Source: an uncultured Acidobacteriota bacterium
GTDB taxonomy: Bacteria > Acidobacteriota > Vicinamibacteria > Vicinamibacterales > SCN-69-37
Direction of reading: 5' to 3'
Assembly: GCA_963764505.1 (NCBI GenBank)
Contig: CAVXSP010000001.1
Coordinates: 3,316,614 to 3,380,613, forward strand
Length of the DNA: 64,000 nucleotides
Each line of letters opens with the position of its first letter. Positions within the stretch are counted from its first letter, which is position 1. Under the pieces are notes generated by a model. That model had not been told where the DNA came from and made no database searches. It saw only the letters and a list, made by a program, of their open reading frames with translations. Below, one piece after another: positions 39,108 to 48,916 of the stretch. The position numbers and the translations under genes were made by a program.

Positions 39108-39196
39108 AGGAGGGGGACGGGTCTCGATTTGTGGAAAACTCGGCCCCCAGGACCGAGTTTTCCACAAATCGAGACCCGTCCCCCTCCTGTGGAAAA
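39100..39196. repeat. Perfect 44-bp inverted repeat with 9-nt spacer (two inverted copies of the 39-nt TTTTCCACA...TGTGGAAAA element)
   Basis: Arm 39100-39143 ttttccacaggagggggacgggtctcgatttgtggaaaactcgg. Spacer cccccagga. Arm 39153-39196 is its exact reverse complement (checked base by base). Confidence 0.95.
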
Positions 39197-39853
39197 CTAC
39201 CCGACGTCCAGGGTCGGGAGCCCGTAGAGGTCCCTGACGAAGCGATCGAGCGTGACGTCGATGGCGCGGCGCCAGGCGTCCTCGTCCAGGCGATCCCGAA
39301 AGGCGGCGAGATCCGTCGAGGCCGCCTTCGAGAGCGTGTCCATCGCCGGAGCGTCTGTCGCGGCACGGGCCGCGAGGAGCAGCCGCCCGTCCAGCGCCTG
39401 CAACTGCGCGGTCACCTCGCCGCGCGCGGGCCCGCGCGCCTTCGCCGCGACCTCCCGCAGCGCGGCCAGCTCCTCCAGCACTCCATCGATCGTCCGCAGG
39501 AACGGTTCCGGCAGGTCGAGCCGACCGGCCACGCGGCCCAGCCGGTCGATTGCGCGATCGATCCGCTTGACCGGCGACGGCGCGCGCCGGGACGCGGCGG
39601 GCTCGTCCGGCGGCTCATCGGCCGGACCCGTCCGCGGCACGCCCACCGCGCGCCGCCAGCTCTCGTAGATCTCCCGGACGTCGCTTTCGCAGAACTCGAT
39701 CCGGAGCGGCCGACGCGCGCGGCCGAGCCGATGCCGCTCGGCCTTGACCTCGATGCCGCGGAAGACGATCGTCAGCGGGACGCCGGCCTCCGCCCACGAG
39801 CGCACGAGCTCGAAGCCGGCGCCCACGATGCGCACCAGGTGCCCGCCGTTCAC
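39197..39853 (-). CDS. Hypothetical protein (218 aa)
   Basis: GTG start 13 codons after the birA stop in the same frame. Pro-rich centre, helical C-terminal half. No recognisable motif. Confidence 0.5.
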   Translation of the reverse strand: MNGGHLVRIVGAGFELVRSWAEAGVPLTIVFRGIEVKAERHRLGRARRPLRIEFCESDVREIYESWRRAVGVPRTGPADEPPDEPAASRRAPSPVKRIDRAIDRLGRVAGRLDLPEPFLRTIDGVLEELAALREVAAKARGPARGEVTAQLQALDGRLLLAARAATDAPAMDTLSKAASTDLAAFRDRLDEDAWRRAIDVTLDRFVRDLYGLPTLDVG

Positions 39854-39892
39854 GCGCGTCAGATGGTCCTCGACCTCGCGGCAGGACCTGGC

Positions 39893-40700
39893 TCAGATCG
39901 ACGGCTCCCACGCGACCTCACCCGCTATCACCCGGTCGAGCCGACCCTCGCGGTCGACGAGCAGCGCCCCGTCCGCATCGATCCCGCGAGCGGTTCCCCG
40001 GCAGTCGCCCCGCTGATCCCGCCAGTGCACGGCTCGGCCCTCGAGGTTGGACTGCCCGAACTGCCGCCATTCCCGCAGGAGGGCGTCGGCGCCTTCCTCA
40101 CGCAGCCGTCGAACGCGCTCCAGCAGGCGCGCGAGGCACTCGGCCACGAGGGGCCCCCGCTCGATTCGGGCGGCCGAGCTCGACCTCGATCGACGTCGCC
40201 ACGCCGGCGAGCTCGGCGGGGTACGCCGCAGATCGCAGATTGACTCCGATGCCGACGACGACGGCGTCCGGCTGGGTTCCGATACCCGTCGATTCGCAGA
40301 GAATCCCGGCCAGCTTCCGCCACGGCCTGCCGATCACGAGATCGTTCGGCCACTTGAGACCGACCGGCAGCCCTGTCACCGCGACCACGGCCTCCGCCGT
40401 GGCCACACCGGCGGCGAGGCTGACGAGCGGCAGCGCCGCGCCCCTGCCGCCGCGCACGACGCACGACAGATAGAGCCCCGCGCCAGGCGGCGAGAACCAG
40501 ATCCGCCCGCGGCGTCCGCGGCCGGCGCGCTGGACGTCGGCCAGCACGGCCGTGCCTTCGGGAGCCCCCGTCTCCGCGAGCCGCAGCGCAATGTCGTTGG
40601 TCGACGACACTTCGGGAAAGTAGCGCAGGCTCGCGTGCGCCAGCCCGCCCGGCGCGGCGTCGAGGGCCTCGGCGAGGTCGGCGGGGAGAGGAAATGTCAT
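39893..40700 (-). pseudogene. birA: Biotin--[acetyl-CoA-carboxylase] ligase, frame broken by a 1-nt insertion (possibly an assembly artefact)
   Basis: N-terminal part in ORF 40098..41060 (MTFPLP...VQRAGRGRRGRIWFSPPGAGLY...GLKWPNDL). C-terminal part is ORF 39893..40147 (...ARGIDADGALLVDREGRLDRVIAGEV). Removing one base of GATTC 40163-40167 gives ...VELGRP|IERGPLVAECLARLL..., 268 aa. Confidence 0.85.
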
Positions 40701-40720
40701 GTCGAGCTCGCGCCGCGTCA

Positions 40721-43345
40721 TCAGACCGCGAGTGCGATACTCGCGATCTCGTCGGCATCGGGCCGATCGTCCACGTCGGCGGACACGACGTTGTTGCCTT
40801 CCAGGACGTCGGCCTGGACCAGCTCCCAGACGGCTCGCTGTCGCGTCTGCACGGTGATCCGCGCGCGAATCGGCGTGCCGAACGACAGCTTGTTCTCGGA
40901 GCGCAGACCGCGAATGCGCGCGGTGACCCGCTGCGCGTAGCGGAACGCCCGGACGGCTTCCCCGTCGCCCGGGCCGGCGGAATCGCCCAGCCACGCGTCG
41001 AGCTCCCGCGCCGACGGCCACGGCGCCCGGTGAATCGATCCGTCCTGCCACCACGACCACGCCTCTTCGGTGACGAAGGGCAGATAGGGCGCGAACAGCC
41101 GAAGCACGACCGAAAGGGCATGAGTGGAGGCCGCGACGGCGGATTCGGCGTCAGGCCCCGTCCTGGCGCGGCGGCGCTTCGCGAGCTCGATGTAGTCGTC
41201 GCAGAATTCCCAGAAGAACGTCTCGATCTCGCGCAGGGCCGCCGCATAGTCGTACTCGTCGAGGCGCCGCGATGCGTCGTCGACCACGCCCCGAAGCTGC
41301 AGCAGCATGCCCCGGTCGAGCGCCTGCGTCACCGGGCCGGCGGGCCCCGGCCGCGAGAGGACGAACTTCGACGCGTTCAGGATCTTGATCCCGAGGCGCC
41401 GGCCGATCTTCATCTGGCCCGGGTCGAACGCCGTGTCCACGCCGGGGCCGCCCTTCGCGGCCCAATACCGCACCGCATCCGATCCGTGCTCCTCGAGGAG
41501 CCCGAGTGGCGTCACGACGTTGCCCTTGGACTTCGACATCTTCTTGCGATCGGGATCGAGCACCCATCCGGAAATCGCGGCGTGCGCCCAGGGCAGCGAC
41601 CCGGTCTCCAGGTGCGAGCGCAGCACCGTGGCGAACAGCCAGGTCCGGATGATGTCGTGCGCCTGCGGACGCAGATCCATCGGGAACGTCCGACGCCAGA
41701 GCTCGGCGTCCTCTTCCCACCCGCAGACGATGAGCGGCGTCAGCGAGGAGGTGGCCCACGTGTCCATGACGTCCGGGTCGCCGGCGAAGCCGCCGGGTGC
41801 GCCACGCTGGTCCGGCCGGAAGCCCTCGGGCACGTCGCTGGAGGGATCGATCGGCAGGCGGCCCTCCGCCGGCAACAGCCGGTCGTCGTAATCGATCGTG
41901 CCGTCTTCGCGCACGCGGTACCAGACCGGGAAGGGTACGCCGAAGAACCGCTGCCGGCTGACGCACCAGTCGCCGGTGAGCCCGTTCACCCAGTTCTCGT
42001 AGCGCGCGAGCATGTAGGCCGGATGCCACACCAGCTGCCGCCCGCGCGCGAGCAGCTCGTCGCGAATGTCCATCGTGCGGATGAACCATTGGCGGCTGGT
42101 GAGGATCTCGAGCGGCCGGTCGCCCTTCTCGTAGAACTTGACCGGATGCGTGATCGGCCGCGGGTCGCCGACGAGGTCGCCGCTGGCGCGCAGCAGGTCG
42201 ACGATCCGGGCCCTGGCCTTGTCGACCGGCAGCCCCGCCAGCGTGTCGTAGTGCTGCTGGGCCGCGGCGGCGTCGGCCGACTCCCACCCCTCGACGCCCC
42301 ACGCCACGGGCCGGAGCGTCCCGTTCGGCTGGATGATCGCGCGTACCGGCAGCGTCAGCTCCCGCCACCACGTCACGTCGGTGACGTCGCCGAACGTGCA
42401 GATCATCGCAATGCCGCTGCCCTTCGCGGGGTCGGCGAGCGCGTGCGGCTTCACGGGCACGGGCACCTGGAACAGCGGCGTCAGCACCGTGCTGCCGAAC
42501 AGCGGCCGATAGCGCTCGTCGTCGGGATGCGCCACGAGCGCGACGCAGGCAGGAATCAGCTCCGGCCGCGTCGTCTCGATCTCGACGTACTCGCCGGATC
42601 GATCGGGGCGTGCGAAGCGGAGGCGATGGTAGGCGCCCGGCCGCTCGCGGTCCTCGAGCTCGGCCTGCGCGACGGCGGTCCGGTAGTCCACGTCCCACAA
42701 CGTGGGCGCCTCGATCTGGTAGGCGCGGTCCCGCGCGAGCAGACGGAGGAACGCCAGCTGCGAGGCCCGCTGCGCGCGGCGGCCGATCGTGGCGTAGGTC
42801 CGATCCCAGTCGACCGATAGACCGAGCTGGCGCCAGAGGTTCTCGAACACCTGCTCGTCGGCGGCCGTCAGGCGCGCGCAAAGCTCGATGAAGTTCGGCC
42901 GCGAGATCGAAACAGGCGGTTTCGGTGGGTCTGCCGGCGGAACGAACGACGGGTCGTAAGGCAGGCTCGGATCGCATCGCACGCCGAAGTAGATCTGCAC
43001 CCGGCGCTCGGTCGGCAGGCCGTTGTCGTCCCAGCCCATCGGGTAGAAGACGTGCCGGCCGCGCATGCGCTGGACGCGCGCGATGACGTCGGTATGGGTG
43101 TACGAGAAGACGTGCCCGACGTGCAGCGACCCACTGACCGTCGGAGGCGGCGTGTCGATCGAGAAGACGTCCTCGCGCGCGGCGGGCGGCTCGAAGCGAT
43201 AGACGCCGTCCGCCTGCCAGCGGGGCCGCCACTTCGCCTCGAGGCCCTCGAGCGCAGGCTTGTCGGGAACACGCAGAGGCGGCATTGCGGCGTTCGGATG
43301 GTCGAGCGGCGTGGAACTACCGGGGGTTCGGTCTGATTCTGTCAA
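40721..43345 (-). CDS. valS: Valine--tRNA ligase
   Basis: 874 aa. PPTVSGSLHVGHVFSYTHTD (HIGH) and KMSKSKGN. The start may be the internal MPPLRVPDKP (43285), which removes the overlap with the upstream gene. Confidence 0.9.
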   Translation of the reverse strand: MTESDRTPGSSTPLDHPNAAMPPLRVPDKPALEGLEAKWRPRWQADGVYRFEPPAAREDVFSIDTPPPTVSGSLHVGHVFSYTHTDVIARVQRMRGRHVFYPMGWDDNGLPTERRVQIYFGVRCDPSLPYDPSFVPPADPPKPPVSISRPNFIELCARLTAADEQVFENLWRQLGLSVDWDRTYATIGRRAQRASQLAFLRLLARDRAYQIEAPTLWDVDYRTAVAQAELEDRERPGAYHRLRFARPDRSGEYVEIETTRPELIPACVALVAHPDDERYRPLFGSTVLTPLFQVPVPVKPHALADPAKGSGIAMICTFGDVTDVTWWRELTLPVRAIIQPNGTLRPVAWGVEGWESADAAAAQQHYDTLAGLPVDKARARIVDLLRASGDLVGDPRPITHPVKFYEKGDRPLEILTSRQWFIRTMDIRDELLARGRQLVWHPAYMLARYENWVNGLTGDWCVSRQRFFGVPFPVWYRVREDGTIDYDDRLLPAEGRLPIDPSSDVPEGFRPDQRGAPGGFAGDPDVMDTWATSSLTPLIVCGWEEDAELWRRTFPMDLRPQAHDIIRTWLFATVLRSHLETGSLPWAHAAISGWVLDPDRKKMSKSKGNVVTPLGLLEEHGSDAVRYWAAKGGPGVDTAFDPGQMKIGRRLGIKILNASKFVLSRPGPAGPVTQALDRGMLLQLRGVVDDASRRLDEYDYAAALREIETFFWEFCDDYIELAKRRRARTGPDAESAVAASTHALSVVLRLFAPYLPFVTEEAWSWWQDGSIHRAPWPSARELDAWLGDSAGPGDGEAVRAFRYAQRVTARIRGLRSENKLSFGTPIRARITVQTRQRAVWELVQADVLEGNNVVSADVDDRPDADEIASIALAV

Positions 43346-44507
43346 GCTCTTCCCTGATCAATCGTTCGGCGATGTCGAGCACGAGGCGCTGGACCACGTC
43401 GTCGGACAGCCGCGCGAGGGCGCGGCGCACGATCTCGTCCATCAGCGCCTCCGAGATCGCGACGCGCGTCTGGGTGGGCCGACGTCCCTCCGACTGCTCG
43501 GCCGCGAGGAGCGCGGCAAACGCGCCCGCCCTCGTGAGACGGGACGCGGCCGCGACCGCGGAACCTTCGGGGGAGCTGGCGGGCGGACGCGGCGCCTCGG
43601 GAGGCGTGCGCGGCGGATCGACGGCGCGCGCCGATCCGTCGCGTCCGGCTGCATCGGCGGCACGCTCGGCCCACGCCGGGACCGCCCCAATCGACGCCGG
43701 CCCGGGCACGGCCAGCGGACCGCCGGCCTGCGGCGGCGGATTCGGCAAATCCCAGTCGCCGAAGGCGCGATCCGCGCTCGGCGCGTCAGCACCGACCGGG
43801 CCGAAGCCGCCTTCCATCTCGGCCCCGGGCCCCTCGTCGGCGTGCATCGCCGACGGCTCCGGGTCGAGCTGCGCGAACGCGGCGTCCAGGCGATCGAATT
43901 CGCGGCGGAACGTCTCGTCCACCTCCAGGCGCTCGAACGCCCTGCGCTCGCGGCGTTCGCTGACGAGGGAGCTCGTTCGCGACGCAGCGAGCGGTGGCCC
44001 GCCGGCGCCGCGGGCACGCCCGAGCGGGTCCGGACGGGAAGCGCTTCCGGGATCGGCCGGCGCGTCGGACGCGAGCGGCACGGTCCAGGTCGGCGGCGGA
44101 TCGAGCCGCTGAAAGGGCACGGCGCGCAAGCCGGCACCGCGCCGGGCGGCCAGCAGCTCCCGGACGCGGCCGAGGAGCTGCTGCGGCTCGAACGGCTTGA
44201 CGAGGACGCCGTCGCATCCGCTGGTCCGCGCCTTCTCTTCGTCGACCGGCTCGAACGCGCCTGTCAGGAGCAGCACCGGGATGCCGCGCAGCCCGGGCGT
44301 CTGTTTCACGTGCGCCGCGACGGCGTAGCCATCCAGCCGCGGCATGCCGACGTCGGCGAGCACGACGTCTGGAGGCTCGGCGTCGATCCGCTCGATCGCC
44401 GACTCGCCGTCTCCGGTCGTGACGACCCGCACGTCCTCGTTGGCGAAGGTCAGCTCGACCACGCGCTGGATCGTCACGCTGTCATCGGCGAGAAGCAGAG
44501 TCGGCAT
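43317..44507 (-). CDS. Response-regulator receiver protein with long Pro/Ala-rich region and conserved helical C-terminus
   Basis: 396 aa. LLLADDSVTIQRVV...DVVLADVGMPRLDGY...VLVKPFEP (REC). C-terminal ...ISEALMDEIVRRALARLSDDVVQRLVLDIAERLIREELDRIR. Confidence 0.7.
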   Translation of the reverse strand: MPTLLLADDSVTIQRVVELTFANEDVRVVTTGDGESAIERIDAEPPDVVLADVGMPRLDGYAVAAHVKQTPGLRGIPVLLLTGAFEPVDEEKARTSGCDGVLVKPFEPQQLLGRVRELLAARRGAGLRAVPFQRLDPPPTWTVPLASDAPADPGSASRPDPLGRARGAGGPPLAASRTSSLVSERRERRAFERLEVDETFRREFDRLDAAFAQLDPEPSAMHADEGPGAEMEGGFGPVGADAPSADRAFGDWDLPNPPPQAGGPLAVPGPASIGAVPAWAERAADAAGRDGSARAVDPPRTPPEAPRPPASSPEGSAVAAASRLTRAGAFAALLAAEQSEGRRPTQTRVAISEALMDEIVRRALARLSDDVVQRLVLDIAERLIREELDRIRPNPR

Positions 44508-44511
44508 GGGA

Positions 44512-44919
44512 TTAGAGGGCCTCGGCGCGCGGCTTCACGTGCTCCTGGATGAACCGGACGATATCCTGCATCGGGCTTCCAGGCAAAAAGATTTCGTCGA
44601 CGCCGATCGCCTTCAGCCTTGGGATGTCCACGTCGGGGATGATGCCGCCAACGACGACCAGGACGTGGTCCAGGCCGCTCTCGTGCAGCAGTTCCATGAC
44701 ACGCGGACAGACGTGCATGTGGGCGCCGCTCAGGATCGAGAGGCCGATGACGTCGGCGTCCTCCTGCAGGGCGGCCGAGACGATCTGCTCCGGCGTCTGG
44801 CGCAGTCCCGTGTAGACGACCTCCATGCCGGCGTCCCGCAGGGCGCGCGCGATGACCTTCGCCCCGCGGTCGTGCCCATCGAGGCCCGGCTTGGCGATGA
44901 TGACGCGGATCCTGTTCAT
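44512..44919 (-). CDS. Methylmalonyl-CoA mutase, cobalamin-binding small subunit/domain
   Basis: Start [31 protein letters not shown] (DxHxxG B12 motif). 135 aa. Confidence 0.85.
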   Translation of the reverse strand: MNRIRVIIAKPGLDGHDRGAKVIARALRDAGMEVVYTGLRQTPEQIVSAALQEDADVIGLSILSGAHMHVCPRVMELLHESGLDHVLVVVGGIIPDVDIPRLKAIGVDEIFLPGSPMQDIVRFIQEHVKPRAEAL

Positions 44920-44942
44920 GGCGTTCCGGGGTCGCCCCGAGG

Positions 44943-46562
<1,620 letters not shown>

Positions 46563-46625
46563 CAGCGTCGATTATATTTCTTCGCTTCGCGCCCGCCGAA
46601 CCGCCATGCTACGCTCCGGAGAATC

Positions 46626-47873
46626 GTGGCGCACGGCAGCATCTTCAGCGAAATGCTCCAGGAGTTCGACGAAGCGGCCCGGCTCGTCGGCCTCGATCCC
46701 GGCATCTGGGAAATCCTCACGCACCCGAAGCGCCAGGTGATCGTCTCGTGTCCGGTCCAGCTCGACAACGGCCGCATCCGGGTCTTCACCGGCTTCCGCG
46801 TCCAGTACAACATCACGCTCGGGCCGGCGAAGGGGGGCATCCGGTACCACCCCGGCGTGACGCTGGATGAGGTCACGGCCCTCGCGGCCTGGATGACCTG
46901 GAAGTGCGCGGTCGCGGGCATTCCGTTCGGCGGCGGCAAGGGCGGCGTCGTCTGCGACCCGGCGACGATGTCGCCGCGCGAGCTCGAGGCCCTGACGCGG
47001 CGCTACGTCGCCGAGATCGTCGACCTGCTCGGCCCCGACAAGGACGTGCCGGCGCCCGACGTCAACACCAACGAACAGATCATGGCGTGGGTGATGGACA
47101 CCTACAGCATGCATGCGGGCACGACGACGACCTCGGTCGTGACGGGCAAGCCGGTGGAGATGGGCGGATCGCTCGGCCGCCGCGAGGCCACCGGGCGCGG
47201 CGTCATGATCGTCACGCGGGAAGCCGTGCGCCACCTGGACATCGACATCATCGGCGCGACGGTCGCCATCCAGGGATTCGGCAACGTCGGGTCCGTTTCG
47301 GCGAGCCTGCTGCAGCGCATCGGCGCGAAGATCGTCGCCGTCGCCGACGTGCAGGGCGGCGTGCACAATCCGGCCGGACTGGACATCCCGAAGCTGCTCG
47401 AGTGGGCCGCCGCCCACAAGACGGTCGCCGGCTTCCCTCAAGCCGATCCGCTGCCCCGCGAGCAGATCTTCGAGCTCGAGACCGACATCCTCATCCCGGC
47501 GGCCCTCGAGAACCAGATCACCAGCGAGAACGCCGGCGCCATCAAGGCGAAGATCATCGTCGAAGGCGCCAACGGTCCGACGACGCCCGACGCGCACCGG
47601 CAGCTGCACGAACGGGGCATCCTCGTCGTCCCGGACATCCTGGCCAACGTCGGCGGCGTGACCGCGTCCTACTTCGAGTGGGTGCAGGACCGGCAGGGAT
47701 ACTTCTGGCGCGAGAGCGAGGTCAACGATCGACTGGAGCTCAAGATGGTCGAGGCCTTCACCCGCGTCCTGCAGGCGGCGAGGAAATACGGATGCGACCT
47801 GCGCACCGCCGCCTACATCGTCGCCATCACCCGCGTCGCCGCCGTGACGAAGCTGCGCGGGATGTACGCATAG
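46626..47873 (+). CDS. gdhA: Glutamate dehydrogenase (Glu/Leu/Phe/Val dehydrogenase family)
   Basis: Inside ORF 45102..47873. Start GTG 46626 or ATG 46653 (MLQEFDEAARL). GPAKGGIRYHP, IPFGGGKGGV, QGFGNVGS. Confidence 0.85.
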   Translation: MAHGSIFSEMLQEFDEAARLVGLDPGIWEILTHPKRQVIVSCPVQLDNGRIRVFTGFRVQYNITLGPAKGGIRYHPGVTLDEVTALAAWMTWKCAVAGIPFGGGKGGVVCDPATMSPRELEALTRRYVAEIVDLLGPDKDVPAPDVNTNEQIMAWVMDTYSMHAGTTTTSVVTGKPVEMGGSLGRREATGRGVMIVTREAVRHLDIDIIGATVAIQGFGNVGSVSASLLQRIGAKIVAVADVQGGVHNPAGLDIPKLLEWAAAHKTVAGFPQADPLPREQIFELETDILIPAALENQITSENAGAIKAKIIVEGANGPTTPDAHRQLHERGILVVPDILANVGGVTASYFEWVQDRQGYFWRESEVNDRLELKMVEAFTRVLQAARKYGCDLRTAAYIVAITRVAAVTKLRGMYA

Positions 47874-47899
47874 GTCGGCGCGGGCGCCATCCGCCGGCT

Positions 47900-48823
47900 T
47901 CAGCCGGAGCCTCCGAGGGACGCGCGCGGCACCGGCGCCTCGCTCTGCGCGGCCGCCCGCAGCATCGTCGCGGCCGCGTACAGCACCACGACCACGACGA
48001 GCCACTGGATGAACCGCAGCGGCAGCGACTTGACGACGTAGGCCGCCACGAGCACTCCGGGGATCCCGCCGAGCGCCAGCCCCAGCGCCGGCCGTCTCGC
48101 GTAGCAGTGGCGGCTCACGAACCGGGCGCTGCTGACCGGCATGAGGAACGCGCAGGAGCCCATCATGATCGGGAACGCCGCCAACGGGTCCATGCCGAGC
48201 AGGCTGACCATGAGCAGGCACGGCGCGTACAGGCCGATGCCGAGCGTCATCAGCATCCCGAGGACCAGGTTGCCCACGATGCCCGCCACGAGCTTCCCGC
48301 CCGACAGCGCGAGCGCCGTGCCGCCCGGCGGCCCGATCCCCTCGAGTGAGCGCACCCAGAGCGCGGCGGCCGCGAGCAGCGCCAGCCCCATGCCGATCTG
48401 GACCTTTCTCCTGGACCACCCGGACACGATCCCGGCGCCGAACCACGCGCCGGCCACGGCGGCTCCGATGAGCGCGAGCATGGTCGCGGGATCGACGGCG
48501 ACGATGGCGATGAAGATGAACGCCTCGGCGATCGTGGGCAACGTATCGCCGACGTTGAGCGTCCCGGGAATCAGCCGGTCCGGCACCATGCCGGCGAACT
48601 TGTAGATGCTCGTCGTCGGCGCGAAGGATCCGACGCCGAGCGTGTCGAAGAAGTTGGTGACGAAACCAACGGCGATCTGCAGCGGTGAGGGGATTCGCAA
48701 ATCCGTCACCTCGGCCGGCACGTCGGGGACGCGGGCCGCCGCGGCCGCGCCGCGCCACCAGGTCAGCAGGTGCGCGAGGGTGAACGCCCCGAGCGCGAGG
48801 AAGAGGAGGCTCTTGGCGGACAA
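47900..48823 (-). CDS. TauE/SafE-family (sulfite exporter-like) membrane protein
   Basis: 307 aa, about 8 TM helices, Gly-rich helices typical of the DUF81/TauE family. Apparent TTG start. Confidence 0.65.
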   Translation of the reverse strand: MSAKSLLFLALGAFTLAHLLTWWRGAAAAARVPDVPAEVTDLRIPSPLQIAVGFVTNFFDTLGVGSFAPTTSIYKFAGMVPDRLIPGTLNVGDTLPTIAEAFIFIAIVAVDPATMLALIGAAVAGAWFGAGIVSGWSRRKVQIGMGLALLAAAALWVRSLEGIGPPGGTALALSGGKLVAGIVGNLVLGMLMTLGIGLYAPCLLMVSLLGMDPLAAFPIMMGSCAFLMPVSSARFVSRHCYARRPALGLALGGIPGVLVAAYVVKSLPLRFIQWLVVVVVLYAAATMLRAAAQSEAPVPRASLGGSG

Positions 48824-48825
48824 GA

Positions 48826-48912
48826 TTCCGGGGTCCGAGGTTCCGAGGTTCTCGGGCTTACAGTCAGGCTCCAGAACTTCGGAACCTGGAACGTCGGAAC
48901 CCCGGAACCCGG
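48826..48912. repeat. Imperfect long hairpin built from inverted arrays of ~8-nt tandem repeats (TCCGAGGT / AACNTCGG)
   Basis: ttccggggtccgaggttccgaggttctcggg ... ccagaacttcggaacctggaacgtcggaaccccggaacccgg. Lies between the VWA gene stop and the TauE start. Confidence 0.7.
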
Positions 48913-48916
48913 TCGC

